Source: an uncultured Gemmatimonadaceae bacterium
Lineage (GTDB): Bacteria > Gemmatimonadota > Gemmatimonadetes > Gemmatimonadales > Gemmatimonadaceae
Direction: 5' to 3'
Assembly (NCBI GenBank): GCA_963761305.1
Contig: CAVXGK010000002.1
Location: forward strand, 1,376,001-1,440,000
Length of the DNA stretch: 64,000 bases
Below, one piece after another: positions 43,070-53,211 of the stretch; the stretch's first letter is position 1, and every line of letters starts with the position of its first letter. Made by a program: the position numbers and the translations under genes. The notes under the pieces were generated by a model, which made no database searches, had not been told where the DNA came from, and saw nothing but the letters and a program-made list of their open reading frames with translations.

Positions 43070-43537
43070 ATGCAGTCCCGTTCTCAGTTGCAGCTGGATG
43101 CTCAACTTCAAGCGGCGGTCCTGGGCGCGCTTGGCGCGGACGGCAGTTTCGCGCCGACCGACGTCGGAGTCGGCGTCAGTGATGGCGTCGTCTCACTTAC
43201 CGGAGAGGTGGACAGTCTCTTGAAGCGAACTCGGGCCGGTCGCGCGGCTGAAGACGTCGCCGGCGTGCGCTCCGTGGCCAACGACATTACCGTTCGGCTG
43301 AGTCAGGACCACCGGCGAACGGATCTCGACATTGCGCACGACGCGTTGAGCGCGTTGGAGGCGGATGTCGACGTCCCCGACAAAACGATCAAACCTCGCG
43401 TGCAAGACGCATGGATCTGGCTGGTCGGCGAAGCCGAGAATGAACACCAGCGTCGCGCGGCGGAAAGCGCGGTCGAATCGATCGCGGGAGTCAAAGGCGT
43501 TACGAGCGTGGTGCGCCTGAAACGGTCTCACGTTTGA
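43070..43537 (+). CDS. BON domain protein, two repeats
   Basis: GVVSLTGEV…VAGVRSVAND and W.WLVGE…IAGVKGV. Confidence 0.85.
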   Translation: MQSRSQLQLDAQLQAAVLGALGADGSFAPTDVGVGVSDGVVSLTGEVDSLLKRTRAGRAAEDVAGVRSVANDITVRLSQDHRRTDLDIAHDALSALEADVDVPDKTIKPRVQDAWIWLVGEAENEHQRRAAESAVESIAGVKGVTSVVRLKRSHV

Positions 43538-45084
43538 TGCGTGCGGCGCACGAGGAACCCGATGTCCTGCGCCTCAAACGGCTCGGGATCGATACGTATC
43601 AGGAGCTCGTCATCTTCATGGCGCGTTCGTCGCCCATCTGCCGGTCGGAAGGATGGGCGGCGCAGTCGCGGCTTCAGGTGGCGTGCAACGGACGCTCGAT
43701 CGTCGCCACGCTGAACGTCACGACCGATGGTCTTCTCGGTGCCGACGAAGCCAGTCTGTCGGAAGCGGCGTGGCAACTGCTCGCAGCGAAGAACGGCGAC
43801 CTCGTGCGATTGTCGCAGTCGCCGCCGGTCGACTCTCTCAGCCATGTGCGGGCGAAAGTCTATGGCGACGAGCTGCCACCGGCCGCCATCGAGGCGATCG
43901 TGCGGGACATCGTCGCCGGGCGATATTCTGACATCGATCTCGCCGCATTCGTGACGGCGTTCGCGGGGCCGCATGCGAACGCCGACGAGACCATCGCGTT
44001 GACGCGCGCCATGGTCGACACGGGCGAACGTTTGTACTGGGGCCACTCTCCGATCGTCGACAAGCACTGCGTGGGCGGTCTCCCGGGCAACCGCACGAGC
44101 ATGATCGTCGTGCCCATCGTGGCCGCGTGCGGGTTGACGATGCCGAAGACCTCGTCGCGCGCCATCACATCGCCCGCCGGTACCGCAGACGCGATGGAGA
44201 CGATCGCGCCCGTCGATCTCGATCTCGACGCGATGCGACGGGTCGTCGAGCGAGAAGGCGGCTGCATCGTGTGGGGCGGACGGGTTCGACTGGCGCCGGC
44301 CGACGACGTGATCATCAGCGTGGAGCGTCCGCTGGACTTCGACAGCCCGGCTCAACTGGTCGCGTCGATCTTGTCGAAAAAATCCGCTGCCGGTTCGACG
44401 CACGTCGTGATCGACATGCCGATCGGTCCGACGGCGAAGGTGAGATCCGACGCGGCGGCCGACGTGCTCGAAACCCTGATCGATTCCGTGGCCCGCTCGC
44501 TCGGGATGTCGTTGCGAGTGGCGCGCACCGACGGCACGCAGCCGGTCGGACGCGGAATCGGGCCGGCGCTCGAGGCGCGCGATGCGCTCGCCGTTCTACA
44601 TCGCGATGCGGAAGCGCCGGCCGACCTGCGCGAACGGTCACTGACGCTCGCGGGGATGGTGCTCGAGCTCGGGGGCGCGGCCGACACCGGATCCGGCATC
44701 GCTCGCGCCACGCAAGCGCTGGACGACGCCTCGGCGGAGCAAAAGCTCCGCGCCATCTGCGAGTCCCAAGGTGGGATGCGCGAGCCGAGAGTGTCGCGGC
44801 TGACGTACGTCGTGACGGCGACGCGCGCGGGACGCATCACGGGAATCGACAACCGCCGTCTCTCCCGCCTCGCAAAGCTCGCGGGCGCTCCGCGCGCCCA
44901 GGGCGCGGGTGTCGAACTGCACGCGACGGTCGGCACGCCGGTGGACCGCGATGAACCCCTTCTGACGATCCACGCCGAAACGCCAGGGGAGCTCGACTAC
45001 GCACGAGCATACCTGCGTGCGAATGCTCAGATGATCGATCTGGAAGACGCGCCCGTTGGCGCCCACGCGGGCGGCCGGAGCTGA
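43537..45084 (+). CDS. Thymidine/AMP phosphorylase family protein
   Basis: N-terminal RLGIDTYQE domain, DKHCVGGLPGNRT, PKTSSRAITSPAGTAD, SKKSAAGS. Confidence 0.9.
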   Translation: MRAAHEEPDVLRLKRLGIDTYQELVIFMARSSPICRSEGWAAQSRLQVACNGRSIVATLNVTTDGLLGADEASLSEAAWQLLAAKNGDLVRLSQSPPVDSLSHVRAKVYGDELPPAAIEAIVRDIVAGRYSDIDLAAFVTAFAGPHANADETIALTRAMVDTGERLYWGHSPIVDKHCVGGLPGNRTSMIVVPIVAACGLTMPKTSSRAITSPAGTADAMETIAPVDLDLDAMRRVVEREGGCIVWGGRVRLAPADDVIISVERPLDFDSPAQLVASILSKKSAAGSTHVVIDMPIGPTAKVRSDAAADVLETLIDSVARSLGMSLRVARTDGTQPVGRGIGPALEARDALAVLHRDAEAPADLRERSLTLAGMVLELGGAADTGSGIARATQALDDASAEQKLRAICESQGGMREPRVSRLTYVVTATRAGRITGIDNRRLSRLAKLAGAPRAQGAGVELHATVGTPVDRDEPLLTIHAETPGELDYARAYLRANAQMIDLEDAPVGAHAGGRS

Positions 45085-45085
45085 C

Positions 45086-45985
45086 GTGTCGCGACCTCTC
45101 CTGTTCGGACTGACGGGGAACGAAGAGTACGCTCAGCGGCTCGCGATGCTCGTCGGTGGAGAGGCTGGCGCCCTGGAGAGTCGCTGCTTTCCAGACGGCG
45201 AATCGTATCTGCGCGTCGCCACCGACGTGTCCGGGCGAGAGGCCGTGCTCGTGTGCACGCTGAACGAGCCCAATGGCAAAGTGCTTCCGCTCGTCTTTCT
45301 TGCCGATGCTCTCCGTGAACTCGGCGCGCGTCTCGTCGGACTCGTCGCTCCGTATCTCGCGTATATGCGGCAGGACACGCGCTTCCACTCCGGCGAAGCC
45401 GTCACGTCGCGCTCATTCGCGGAACTCCTCTCCGAGCACGTCGACTGGTTGGTGACGGTAGATCCGCACCTGCACCGGATCGCGCATCTGACGGACATCT
45501 ATTCCATACCGGCCATCGCGGTGCACGCGTCGCAAGACATCGGACGCTGGATCGCCGCGAACGTGGCCGACCCGCTCATCATCGGTCCCGACGAGGAGAG
45601 CGCGCAGTGGGTGCGCGACGTAGCCCTCGCCGCGAACGCGCCATCAACCGTACTCACGAAGATTCGACGGGGCGACTCCGAGGTCGTGGAATCGATCCCG
45701 AATCTCGCTGATCATCGCGGGCGGGTCCCCGTCCTCGTCGACGACATCGTATCGACGGGACGAACCATGCTCGCTGCGCTGGACCATCTCCGCACCGAAC
45801 GCGCGCCGGCCGCGTGGTGCGTCGGCGTTCACGCGGTGTTCGCCGGCGATGCCTATTCGATGCTGCAAAATGCCGGCGCTGCGGGCATCGTCACGACGAA
45901 CACCATCGCACACGCCTCAAACCGCATCGACATCGCGCCGACTATCGCGATTCACGTACGACAGCGACTCGACGAAGCGACGTGA
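45086..45985 (+). CDS. Ribose-phosphate pyrophosphokinase-like protein
   Basis: FPDGESY, PYLAYMRQD, VDPHLHR, GPDEES, VLVDDIVSTGRT. Confidence 0.9.
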   Translation: MSRPLLFGLTGNEEYAQRLAMLVGGEAGALESRCFPDGESYLRVATDVSGREAVLVCTLNEPNGKVLPLVFLADALRELGARLVGLVAPYLAYMRQDTRFHSGEAVTSRSFAELLSEHVDWLVTVDPHLHRIAHLTDIYSIPAIAVHASQDIGRWIAANVADPLIIGPDEESAQWVRDVALAANAPSTVLTKIRRGDSEVVESIPNLADHRGRVPVLVDDIVSTGRTMLAALDHLRTERAPAAWCVGVHAVFAGDAYSMLQNAGAAGIVTTNTIAHASNRIDIAPTIAIHVRQRLDEAT

Positions 45986-46016
45986 GACCATGCGCGGGCA
46001 ACGCCGTGGGTGGTCA

Positions 46017-47000
46017 TTATTCGCGCGCCAGCGACGGCAGCTGCCGAACTACCTCGGCCTCGTCGAGCGTCAGACTGGTCTGGCGTCGCTCGACTGGACG
46101 GTAGAGCAACACCGGCACTCGGCTCGATCGAAGCACCTTGTCCGCGACGCTTCCAAGCAGAAGACGAGACGCGCCGCGGCCATGCGTGGACATCGCGATG
46201 ACATCGGCATCATGGGCCACCGCCTGGTCGACGATCGCTTGAGCCGCGTGCTCGGCAATGACCACGTGGGCGTCGATCGTAACGCCCGTTTCGTCTTGCA
46301 ATCGGCGCGCAACCGATTCGAGATCGGCCGTCACCTGCCGGGCGAGCTGCCGCGTGGCGGCTTCGTCGACCACCATCGGCGCGGTCGTGACGGCCATCGT
46401 TGGCTCGTACGCCATGACCAATGGCACGATCGGCGCGATGCGAAGCAGGGTCACCGACGCGTGCGCCGCTCGAGCGAGCTCGGTTGCCGCCGGCACCACA
46501 CCAGTAGCAAACGCTGAACCGTCCATTGGAATGAGGACGCGCTTGATGCTCCGCGCTGCGGCACGCCGGTCGGCGGGCCCCTGTTCAGACCGGACAATGA
46601 GAACGGGGATCGCCGCGTTGCGCATCACCGCGTCGGCGACGCTGCCGAGCCACGCGCGGCTGAACCCCGTGCGTCCATGCGACGTCATCACGATGAGGTC
46701 TGCGCCAATCTCTCGCGCCCGTCGCACGATCATCTCGGCTGGCGCGCCGCGCAGAACGGCGTGCGTCGCGGTGACGTGCGCTCCCGACTCGAGCTCGGCG
46801 GCGATTGTCTCGACGTACTTCTCTTCGGCCGCGGGATCGTCGTCCCAGGGCAGATCGGCGTAGCCGGCGAACGTGAACGGCTCGTGGACCAATGCGACAT
46901 CGATGGTCGCACCGGATTCCCGGGCGACGGATGCAGCATGACCGATCGCCTGTTCAGCCAGCGACGAGCGGTCGAGCGGAACGAGCAGCTTGCGAAACAT
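46017..47000 (-). CDS. Tandem universal stress protein
   Basis: MFRKLLVPLD, MTSHGRTG…LGSVAD, MSTHGRG…LGSVADKV. Confidence 0.92.
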   Translation of the reverse strand: MFRKLLVPLDRSSLAEQAIGHAASVARESGATIDVALVHEPFTFAGYADLPWDDDPAAEEKYVETIAAELESGAHVTATHAVLRGAPAEMIVRRAREIGADLIVMTSHGRTGFSRAWLGSVADAVMRNAAIPVLIVRSEQGPADRRAAARSIKRVLIPMDGSAFATGVVPAATELARAAHASVTLLRIAPIVPLVMAYEPTMAVTTAPMVVDEAATRQLARQVTADLESVARRLQDETGVTIDAHVVIAEHAAQAIVDQAVAHDADVIAMSTHGRGASRLLLGSVADKVLRSSRVPVLLYRPVERRQTSLTLDEAEVVRQLPSLARE

Positions 47001-47313
47001 GGAAATCCCTCGAGCGAGAGCAATGTTGACGGCAACTTGAACCTTGTCCGGTATTCGTCGATGGGAGTCGGCGAATGGTGTCGTCTTCGTCAGCGTTTCC
47101 CCGATCCTTCGGAATGTATCGCGCAGGTTGCGAGACGAGGCGCGGCGAGCGGGACCGGAATCGTCCATGCTCGTCGCGCCGAACGAATAGCGCAGGAGGC
47201 CGGAGGCGTGCGGATTCCCCCGACATCGACGCTCGAGCAACCCGACGCTCGCGCCCGGGATCTCGACGCATTTTGTAAGGCGAGCACGCGGTTACCCTCT
47301 TCGGAAAGGGCGA

Positions 47314-48360
47314 ATGCGAACGGTCGGGTCGAGAGCGTCGGGCTCACGCGTGACGAATCACCGGTTGATCGCCGGCGCCGTCGTCGCGGCGCTTGGTCTC
47401 TGTTTGAGCATCGCGCTCTTTCCGTTCATCCCCGGGTTGCTCGGCGCGCCGATTCTCGTGGTAATCTTCTCGCCGCTGTACCAGCGTCTCGAGCGGCGTA
47501 TGCGTCCCGGAGCCGCAGCCGGAGTGACGATCGCGGCAGCAATCGCGTTGGTGCTCATTCCCGGCGTCACGCTCGGTGTGCTGGTCGTGCGACAGGTTCC
47601 GAAGGTGCTCGCCGGCTCTGATCTCACCGGCCTGCTGGCACGCTTGTCATCGCTCGAAGTGCACGGCGTGGCCGTCGGAGCCGGTCTGGCCGCGGCGGGC
47701 CGTTCGCTGAGCACGTGGGGATCACAGCAAGTCCTCAAAGTCGCGACGAGCGCGACTCGCGCCGCGGTGAACCTCGTCATCGCGTTCTTTGCTTTCTACT
47801 ATCTGCTCGTGGCGGGCGACCAAACGTGGCGGTCGTTTTGCGCCTACTCACCGTTCTCGCATTCGACCACGGAACGGCTGCGAGCCAAGTTCCGCAGCGT
47901 CACGAAGGCTACGCTGCTCGGCATCGGCTTGGGTTCGCTGGTGCAGGCGATCGTGATCGGAACGGGCTTCGCCGTCACCGGGTTGCCCGACGCGATCTTC
48001 TGGGGCGCCGTGGCGGGAATCGTCTCCGTGCTACCGATGATCGGAGCTTCACTCGTCTGGGGTTCCGGAACGATCGCGCTGGTCGTGGGGCACCGATACG
48101 CCGCCGCGCTCGTTCTGGCACTCATCGGCGGCGTGATTTCGGCCCACGTCGAGAATCTTATTCGGCCGATCGTCTCGCGTCGCGTCTCCAAGATTCATCC
48201 CGTCATCACGCTCGTCGGCGCGTTCGCCGGGATCCGCTACATCGGATTGCCCGGCGTGCTTCTCGGCCCGTTAGCGCTCGCGTATTTCTTCGAGCTGCTC
48301 CGCGCGTTCGAGCTCGAGTTTCTCGGCGCGCCGACGCGAGTCGTCGACACCATCGGCTAG
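47314..48360 (+). CDS. AI-2E family transporter
   Basis: TM pattern, LPMIG, ENLIRP…HP…G…G..GVLLGP. Confidence 0.85.
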   Translation: MRTVGSRASGSRVTNHRLIAGAVVAALGLCLSIALFPFIPGLLGAPILVVIFSPLYQRLERRMRPGAAAGVTIAAAIALVLIPGVTLGVLVVRQVPKVLAGSDLTGLLARLSSLEVHGVAVGAGLAAAGRSLSTWGSQQVLKVATSATRAAVNLVIAFFAFYYLLVAGDQTWRSFCAYSPFSHSTTERLRAKFRSVTKATLLGIGLGSLVQAIVIGTGFAVTGLPDAIFWGAVAGIVSVLPMIGASLVWGSGTIALVVGHRYAAALVLALIGGVISAHVENLIRPIVSRRVSKIHPVITLVGAFAGIRYIGLPGVLLGPLALAYFFELLRAFELEFLGAPTRVVDTIG

Positions 48361-48842
48361 TTTCGGAGCGCGCCGCTCACACCATTCTCTGAGCGGGCCT
48401 TTTCGAGGATCAGTCGTTGCTCGGCGACGGCGATGTTCCGCCGCGCGCGGTCGATTGCGTCGACGTTCACCGAAATGGAATCGATCCCCCACCCCACGAG
48501 TCTCGCCGCGTACTCGGGATGGACCGAGGGAGCCTGACCACAGATCGAGCAGGTCAGTCCGAGGGCGCGGCACGTCGTGACGATCGATCGGATGGCGTCG
48601 AGCACCGCCGCGTCGCGCTCATCGTAGTCCGCACCGAATAACTCACTGTCGCGATCGACCCCAAGCATCAGCTGCGTGAGATCATTCGAGCCGATGGACA
48701 CGCCGGTGATGCGGAGGCCCGCGAACCTTGCGTTCGGTCCGGAGGCGTGACCGGACCACTCGCGCTCGAGGCCGGTCGCCAAGCCGACTAGTCCGGCGAT
48801 GATCAACCTGGTGGCGATGTCTCGCTGCCCGTCCACCGGCAT
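48357..48842 (-). pseudogene. In-frame chimera of an MgtC/SapB-family N-terminus and a PEP synthase C-terminus
   Basis: GLATGLEREWSGHASG…FAGLR is fused directly to ITGVSIGSNDLTQLMLGVDRD…SICGQAPS…GIDSISVN. Confidence 0.75.
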
Positions 48843-48925
48843 TGCTGCTTCTCGTCGGCGCGGTGCTACGACTCGAACACTGCTGAATGGCGAGGTGCGA
48901 GTCTGTCAGGCGAAGGCTGTGGACC

Positions 48926-48942
48926 GTCAGGAGTCCACTGAC
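48926..48942. promoter_or_regulatory. 17-bp palindromic site (putative NarL/NreC-type box)
   Basis: GTCAG-GAGTCCA-CTGAC, with a companion GTCAG-GCGAAGG-CTGTG at 48905. Confidence 0.5.
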
Positions 48943-48977
48943 TCCCCCGGTTCGCCCACACGGGCAGGTTCCCTACC

Positions 48978-49778
48978 ATGACCCTCGTGCATCCCACTGC
49001 GGCAACCGAGCGCGACTCGCTGCGCGCTGACTCGTTGCGCTGGCATCACGCCGGCCGATGGATCGTGGACGGCGTGGACCTCACCGTACGCCGCGGCGAA
49101 ATCGTCGGGCTGCTCGGCCCAAATGGAGCGGGCAAGACCGTCACCCTCTCGATGATCGTCGGGTTGCTCAAGCCGACCGGCGGCCGCGTCTGGATCGGCG
49201 ACGCCGACGTCACAGGCCGGCCGCTCTACGAGCGCGCGCGCCTCGGGCTCGGCTATCTCCCGCAGGAACGATCGATCTTCACCAAGCTGAGCGCACGAGA
49301 CAACATCGTCGCCATTCTCGAAACGAGACGGATGAACAGGCGTGCCGTCCGCGCGCGCGCCGCTGAGCTACTCGCGCAATTTGGTCTCGACCACGTGGCG
49401 GATTCACTCGCCGTCCAACTGTCGGGTGGCGAACAGCGGCGGCTCGAGATCGCGCGCGCGCTGGCGAGCGAACCGCACTTCATCCTGTTCGACGAGCCGT
49501 TCGCGGGCATCGACCCGCTGACGGTGGAGGCGTTGCATCGGGTGTTGATCGAATTGCGGAAGCAGGGGGTCGGCTTGCTGCTGACGGATCACAACGTGCG
49601 CGAGACTCTGAGTCTGTGCGACCGGACCTACGTCCTGTTCGACGGGCGCGTTCTCGCCGAGGGCGTCGCGTCGACGCTGGTCGCCAACGAGGAGGTTCGC
49701 CGGCATTTCCTCGGTGAAGGGTTCGAGCTCGACCGGCCGTCCCCCGCCCTCGCGCCGGTCGCGCACGCGACGCCATGA
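48978..49778 (+). CDS. lptB: LptB-like ABC ATP-binding protein
   Basis: GPNGAGKT, YLPQERSIF, LSGGEQRRLEIARAL, FDEPFAGIDP, TDHNVRETL. Confidence 0.85.
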   Translation: MTLVHPTAATERDSLRADSLRWHHAGRWIVDGVDLTVRRGEIVGLLGPNGAGKTVTLSMIVGLLKPTGGRVWIGDADVTGRPLYERARLGLGYLPQERSIFTKLSARDNIVAILETRRMNRRAVRARAAELLAQFGLDHVADSLAVQLSGGEQRRLEIARALASEPHFILFDEPFAGIDPLTVEALHRVLIELRKQGVGLLLTDHNVRETLSLCDRTYVLFDGRVLAEGVASTLVANEEVRRHFLGEGFELDRPSPALAPVAHATP

Positions 49779-49785
49779 AGCGAAA

Positions 49786-49813
49786 CGGCCGCCCGCATCA
49801 TCACGGGCGGCCG
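49786..49813. terminator. Hairpin between the convergent lptB and hsp20 genes
   Basis: CGGCCGCCCG-N8-CGGGCGGCCG. Confidence 0.5.
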
Positions 49814-49851
49814 CCGAAGCCGCATGTGTCGCCGAATGGAAGCACGGTCTT

Positions 49852-50355
49852 TCAGGCTGACTTGATCTCCACCTTGCGACCCGCCGACTTCACCTCGCCG
49901 TTCTTCGGGATGTGCACCTTCAGCAGTCCCTTGCTGAACTCGGCGTTGACCTTGGAGGCGTCGACTCCGGTCGGCAGCGAGAACGACCGCTGGAACGAGC
50001 CGTAGCTCCGCTCATAGAGGTAGACCTTCTTGTCTTCCTCCTCCTTCTTCTCCTCGATCTTCTCGCCGCCGATCGACAGTACGCCGTCTTCGACGTCGAC
50101 TGTGATGTCCTTCAGTTCCATGCCCGGAAGCTCGGCGGTGAGGGCGAATTCCTTGGGCGTCTCGACGATGTCCATTGCCGGAACCCACCCGATGGTCTCC
50201 GGGAAAGACGCCGCGGCGAACGGCTCGTTCAGCGCGCGTTCTATGAAGCGATTCATTCGATTCTCTACGTCATCGAATGTCGGGAACGCCGTCGATGAAA
50301 GAAACCCCGGGAACGCGATGCGGGGTTGGCGACGGGTGAATCTGACGAGTGCCAT
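49852..50355 (-). CDS. Hsp20/alpha-crystallin small heat-shock protein
   Basis: AGGAGG RBS, PAMDIVE, AELPG, ERSYGSFQRSFSLP, FSKGLLKVHIPK. Confidence 0.93.
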   Translation of the reverse strand: MALVRFTRRQPRIAFPGFLSSTAFPTFDDVENRMNRFIERALNEPFAAASFPETIGWVPAMDIVETPKEFALTAELPGMELKDITVDVEDGVLSIGGEKIEEKKEEEDKKVYLYERSYGSFQRSFSLPTGVDASKVNAEFSKGLLKVHIPKNGEVKSAGRKVEIKSA

Positions 50356-50571
50356 ATCGCCTCCTGTTGGAGAGTTCGTCCGGTCCATGGTCAGTCGCGA
50401 CCGAACGCCAACATGATGCTGCGACTTGGTCGGCTCGTCAGTCGGCGAATAGCGAAGCGGCCGTGCGGAGGCGCCTGTCGGTGAAATGCGCGCGCCGATC
50501 GCGTGCGGGGTTTCCGGACAAAGCCGCGGACTTCCCCGACCGCGCACCGCCTACAAGCGCGTCACTTTCCA

Positions 50572-50976
50572 ATGGACACACTTCGCAGATCGAGCCCGGC
50601 AATGAGCCGCCGTTCACGCAACGCCGTTCGTATGATGATCGTCCTGGCCGTAGTGACCAGCGTGTGGCTCGTGTCCAGCGAACCGTGGGGCCTTGGAGTC
50701 GAGCAGTTGCTGATGTTTACCGCTCCTGGCGCTCTTCTCGGCCTCGGGGCCGCGTGGGCCGCCCACGGCTCGTCACAGCGCCAATGGACTTGGAAGAGCG
50801 CGCGGCGCGCGGCGCTCGTCGGCGCGGTATCGCTGCCGCCTCTGCTGGCGTTTGTCGTCGCCTGGGACGGCAACGCGCGGCCCCAGCGCCTGCTGGTGGG
50901 CTTCGTCTACGCCGCGTGGGTCGTGTTGATTGGCGGCGGCGTGATGTCGCTCGTTCGGCAGCCCACGGAGCGTTAG
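50572..50976 (+). CDS. Hypothetical four-TM membrane protein
   Basis: Four hydrophobic segments. The ORF fills the gap between hsp20 and cls. Confidence 0.55.
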   Translation: MDTLRRSSPAMSRRSRNAVRMMIVLAVVTSVWLVSSEPWGLGVEQLLMFTAPGALLGLGAAWAAHGSSQRQWTWKSARRAALVGAVSLPPLLAFVVAWDGNARPQRLLVGFVYAAWVVLIGGGVMSLVRQPTER

Positions 50977-50986
50977 TCGGCGCTCG

Positions 50987-52315
50987 CTAGAGGATTCGGG
51001 CCAACATCGCCGCGCCTGCTTCGAGCGCGCGCTGCCAGAGCGACCGCGACGCCAACACGCTCGGCGTCATCTCTTTCGAGAACCGCAGGTCGTCGAAGAA
51101 CACCGAGTCCATCGTCGCCCCGAAAGCCGAGTCGAGCACGACGAGATTGGACTCGTCGTTGAGGGCGAGCGAGTGGTTGTCGAAGTTCATCGAGCCGACA
51201 GTGCTCCAGCAGTCGTCGACGACAATGGTCTTCGCATGCATCATCGCCGGTTGGTACTCGTATACCCGTACGCCGTGGGAGCGGAGCTCCTGGTAGTACG
51301 ACCGTCCGGCCAGCCACGGCGTCCTGACGTCGGTCAACGGGCCAACGGTCAAGATGCGTACGTCGACGCCGCGTTCCGCGGCATCGACGAGCAGCCCTCG
51401 GAAGTCGGCGTTGGGCACGAAATAGGAGTTGGTGATGTAGAGTCGCGAGTGCGCGCCTCGGATGGCGAGCGTGAGGAATTGCTCCGCCGGCGTCGTTCCG
51501 GTCGTTGGCCGCGCGAACAGAACGCCCGCTGCGACTCCACCCGATTCAGAGGCTCCCGACGCCGCACCGCCGGAGAAGAACGGGTCGCCGACGAGCCACT
51601 CGCCGGTCGACTCGTGCCACGCCGCGGCGAATGCCGCCTGAAGCGCCGGCACGGCGGGGCCCTCGAACCGGATGTTCGTCTCGCGCCATTGATCGGAGTG
51701 GCGGCCGTCGCCGAGCCAGTAGTCGGCGAGTCCAAACCCGCCCGTGTAGCCGACGCGTCCGTCGACGACGACGGCGCGCACATGCGACCGCTGGGTCGCG
51801 CTGTGGATCGTGAACCACTCCAGCTCGCGCAGGAGCGCAACGGAGACGCCGCATCGGGTCAAACCGGTGCGCCACGACCGCGGCATTCCGGCGGAACCAA
51901 AGGCGTCGAGCAGCAGCCGAACCTCGACGCCGTGTCGCGCGCGATCGCAGAGGATTCGGGCGAGCGTGTCACTCACCCGCCCCGGCAGCGCGTAGTACAT
52001 CTGCATCGTGATCGTGCTGTGCGATTGGGACAAGTCCCGCCACAGCTCGGGATACGTCCCGTCGCCGTTCAGCAGCAAGCTGACGCGGTTACCCGGATCG
52101 ATTCGGATGCCGGTCGACACCTCGAGCGCGCGAGTAAATCTGGCGTCCGGCACGCGCAGCGCACTAATGGACCCGTTCGAGAAGTAGAGATGCGGTCGCC
52201 GATGCGTCGCGCGCAGAGCCTCGGTGAGGATGATCGCCACGCCGATCAAGCCGAGCGCCAGCGCGCCAAGCCACCGCCGATCGATCGCACGTGAGAATCG
52301 AGCGCGCCCGCGCAT
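50987..52315 (-). CDS. Cardiolipin synthase / phospholipase D family protein
   Basis: LLLDAFGS, first motif SHVRAVVVDG, WRET, YFVP, second motif HAKTIVVD…GSMNFD. Confidence 0.88.
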   Translation of the reverse strand: MRGRARFSRAIDRRWLGALALGLIGVAIILTEALRATHRRPHLYFSNGSISALRVPDARFTRALEVSTGIRIDPGNRVSLLLNGDGTYPELWRDLSQSHSTITMQMYYALPGRVSDTLARILCDRARHGVEVRLLLDAFGSAGMPRSWRTGLTRCGVSVALLRELEWFTIHSATQRSHVRAVVVDGRVGYTGGFGLADYWLGDGRHSDQWRETNIRFEGPAVPALQAAFAAAWHESTGEWLVGDPFFSGGAASGASESGGVAAGVLFARPTTGTTPAEQFLTLAIRGAHSRLYITNSYFVPNADFRGLLVDAAERGVDVRILTVGPLTDVRTPWLAGRSYYQELRSHGVRVYEYQPAMMHAKTIVVDDCWSTVGSMNFDNHSLALNDESNLVVLDSAFGATMDSVFFDDLRFSKEMTPSVLASRSLWQRALEAGAAMLARIL

Positions 52316-52330
52316 GGCACGTCTCGTCGA

Positions 52331-52993
52331 CTACTGGCCGTCCAGCAACCCGAGCCGGAGCGCGAACTGCACGTACTGCGACCGATGCGCCAGGTCGACC
52401 TTTTCCTGGATCCGCTGTTTGTACGTGTCGACCGTCTTCGGGCTAATCTGGAGCTGCGCACCGATTTCTGGCGCTGAATATCCGAGCGCCACGCGCCGGA
52501 GCACCTCGCGTTCGCGCCCAGTGAGTTTCTCGTATCGCTCTCGATCGCTGCCACCTGGACCTTTGGATGCCAGCCGCTGGGCCAAGAGCCTCGTGGCCGC
52601 CGACTGGACGTACACGTCGCCGTGCGCCAGGCCGCGAATCGCGTTGACGAGCTCGCGGTCCGCGTTCGTCTTCACGAGGTATCCCGCTGCTCCCGCCTCT
52701 ATCGCGGGAACCAGATAGTCCTCCTCGGCGTGCATGCTGAGGATGAGCACGCGAGACCCGACCTCGCTGGCGACGATCTCCTTCGTCGCCGCCACGCCGT
52801 CTCCATCGGGCATCGACAAGTCCATCACGACGACGTCGGGGCGGAGGCGCTTCACTACATCGACGGCGTCGTGGCCGTTGCTCGCCTCTCCGACGACCAC
52901 GATGTCCGGGGTGGCGCCGAGCACCGCCCGGAGGCCCGTACGTACGACGCTATGGTCGTCCACCAGCACGACCCGGATTGATTCGCTGATCAT
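52331..52993 (-). CDS. NarL/NreC-like LuxR-family response regulator
   Basis: LVDDHSVVRTG, VMDLSMP, GAAGYLVK, LTGREREVL…ISPKTVDTYK. Confidence 0.93.
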   Translation of the reverse strand: MISESIRVVLVDDHSVVRTGLRAVLGATPDIVVVGEASNGHDAVDVVKRLRPDVVVMDLSMPDGDGVAATKEIVASEVGSRVLILSMHAEEDYLVPAIEAGAAGYLVKTNADRELVNAIRGLAHGDVYVQSAATRLLAQRLASKGPGGSDRERYEKLTGREREVLRRVALGYSAPEIGAQLQISPKTVDTYKQRIQEKVDLAHRSQYVQFALRLGLLDGQ

Positions 52994-53211
52994 AAGGTTA
53001 GGTCTCCTCGGCCTTCAGGGTGCCAGCCACCTGATGCGCCCATCAGGTCATCCATAGTCTTGCTTCGACGGATCATCGGGCGTGTCAGGGGAATCACCTA
53101 TGCGGCGTTGGGAATTCCCTGAACGATCGCCGGCATCTCCCGTTGACGGCGTGGGTTTCGCCCGACGGCGGCCGCCGAACGACGTCGGCATAATCGGGGT
53201 GGAGAATCCCC

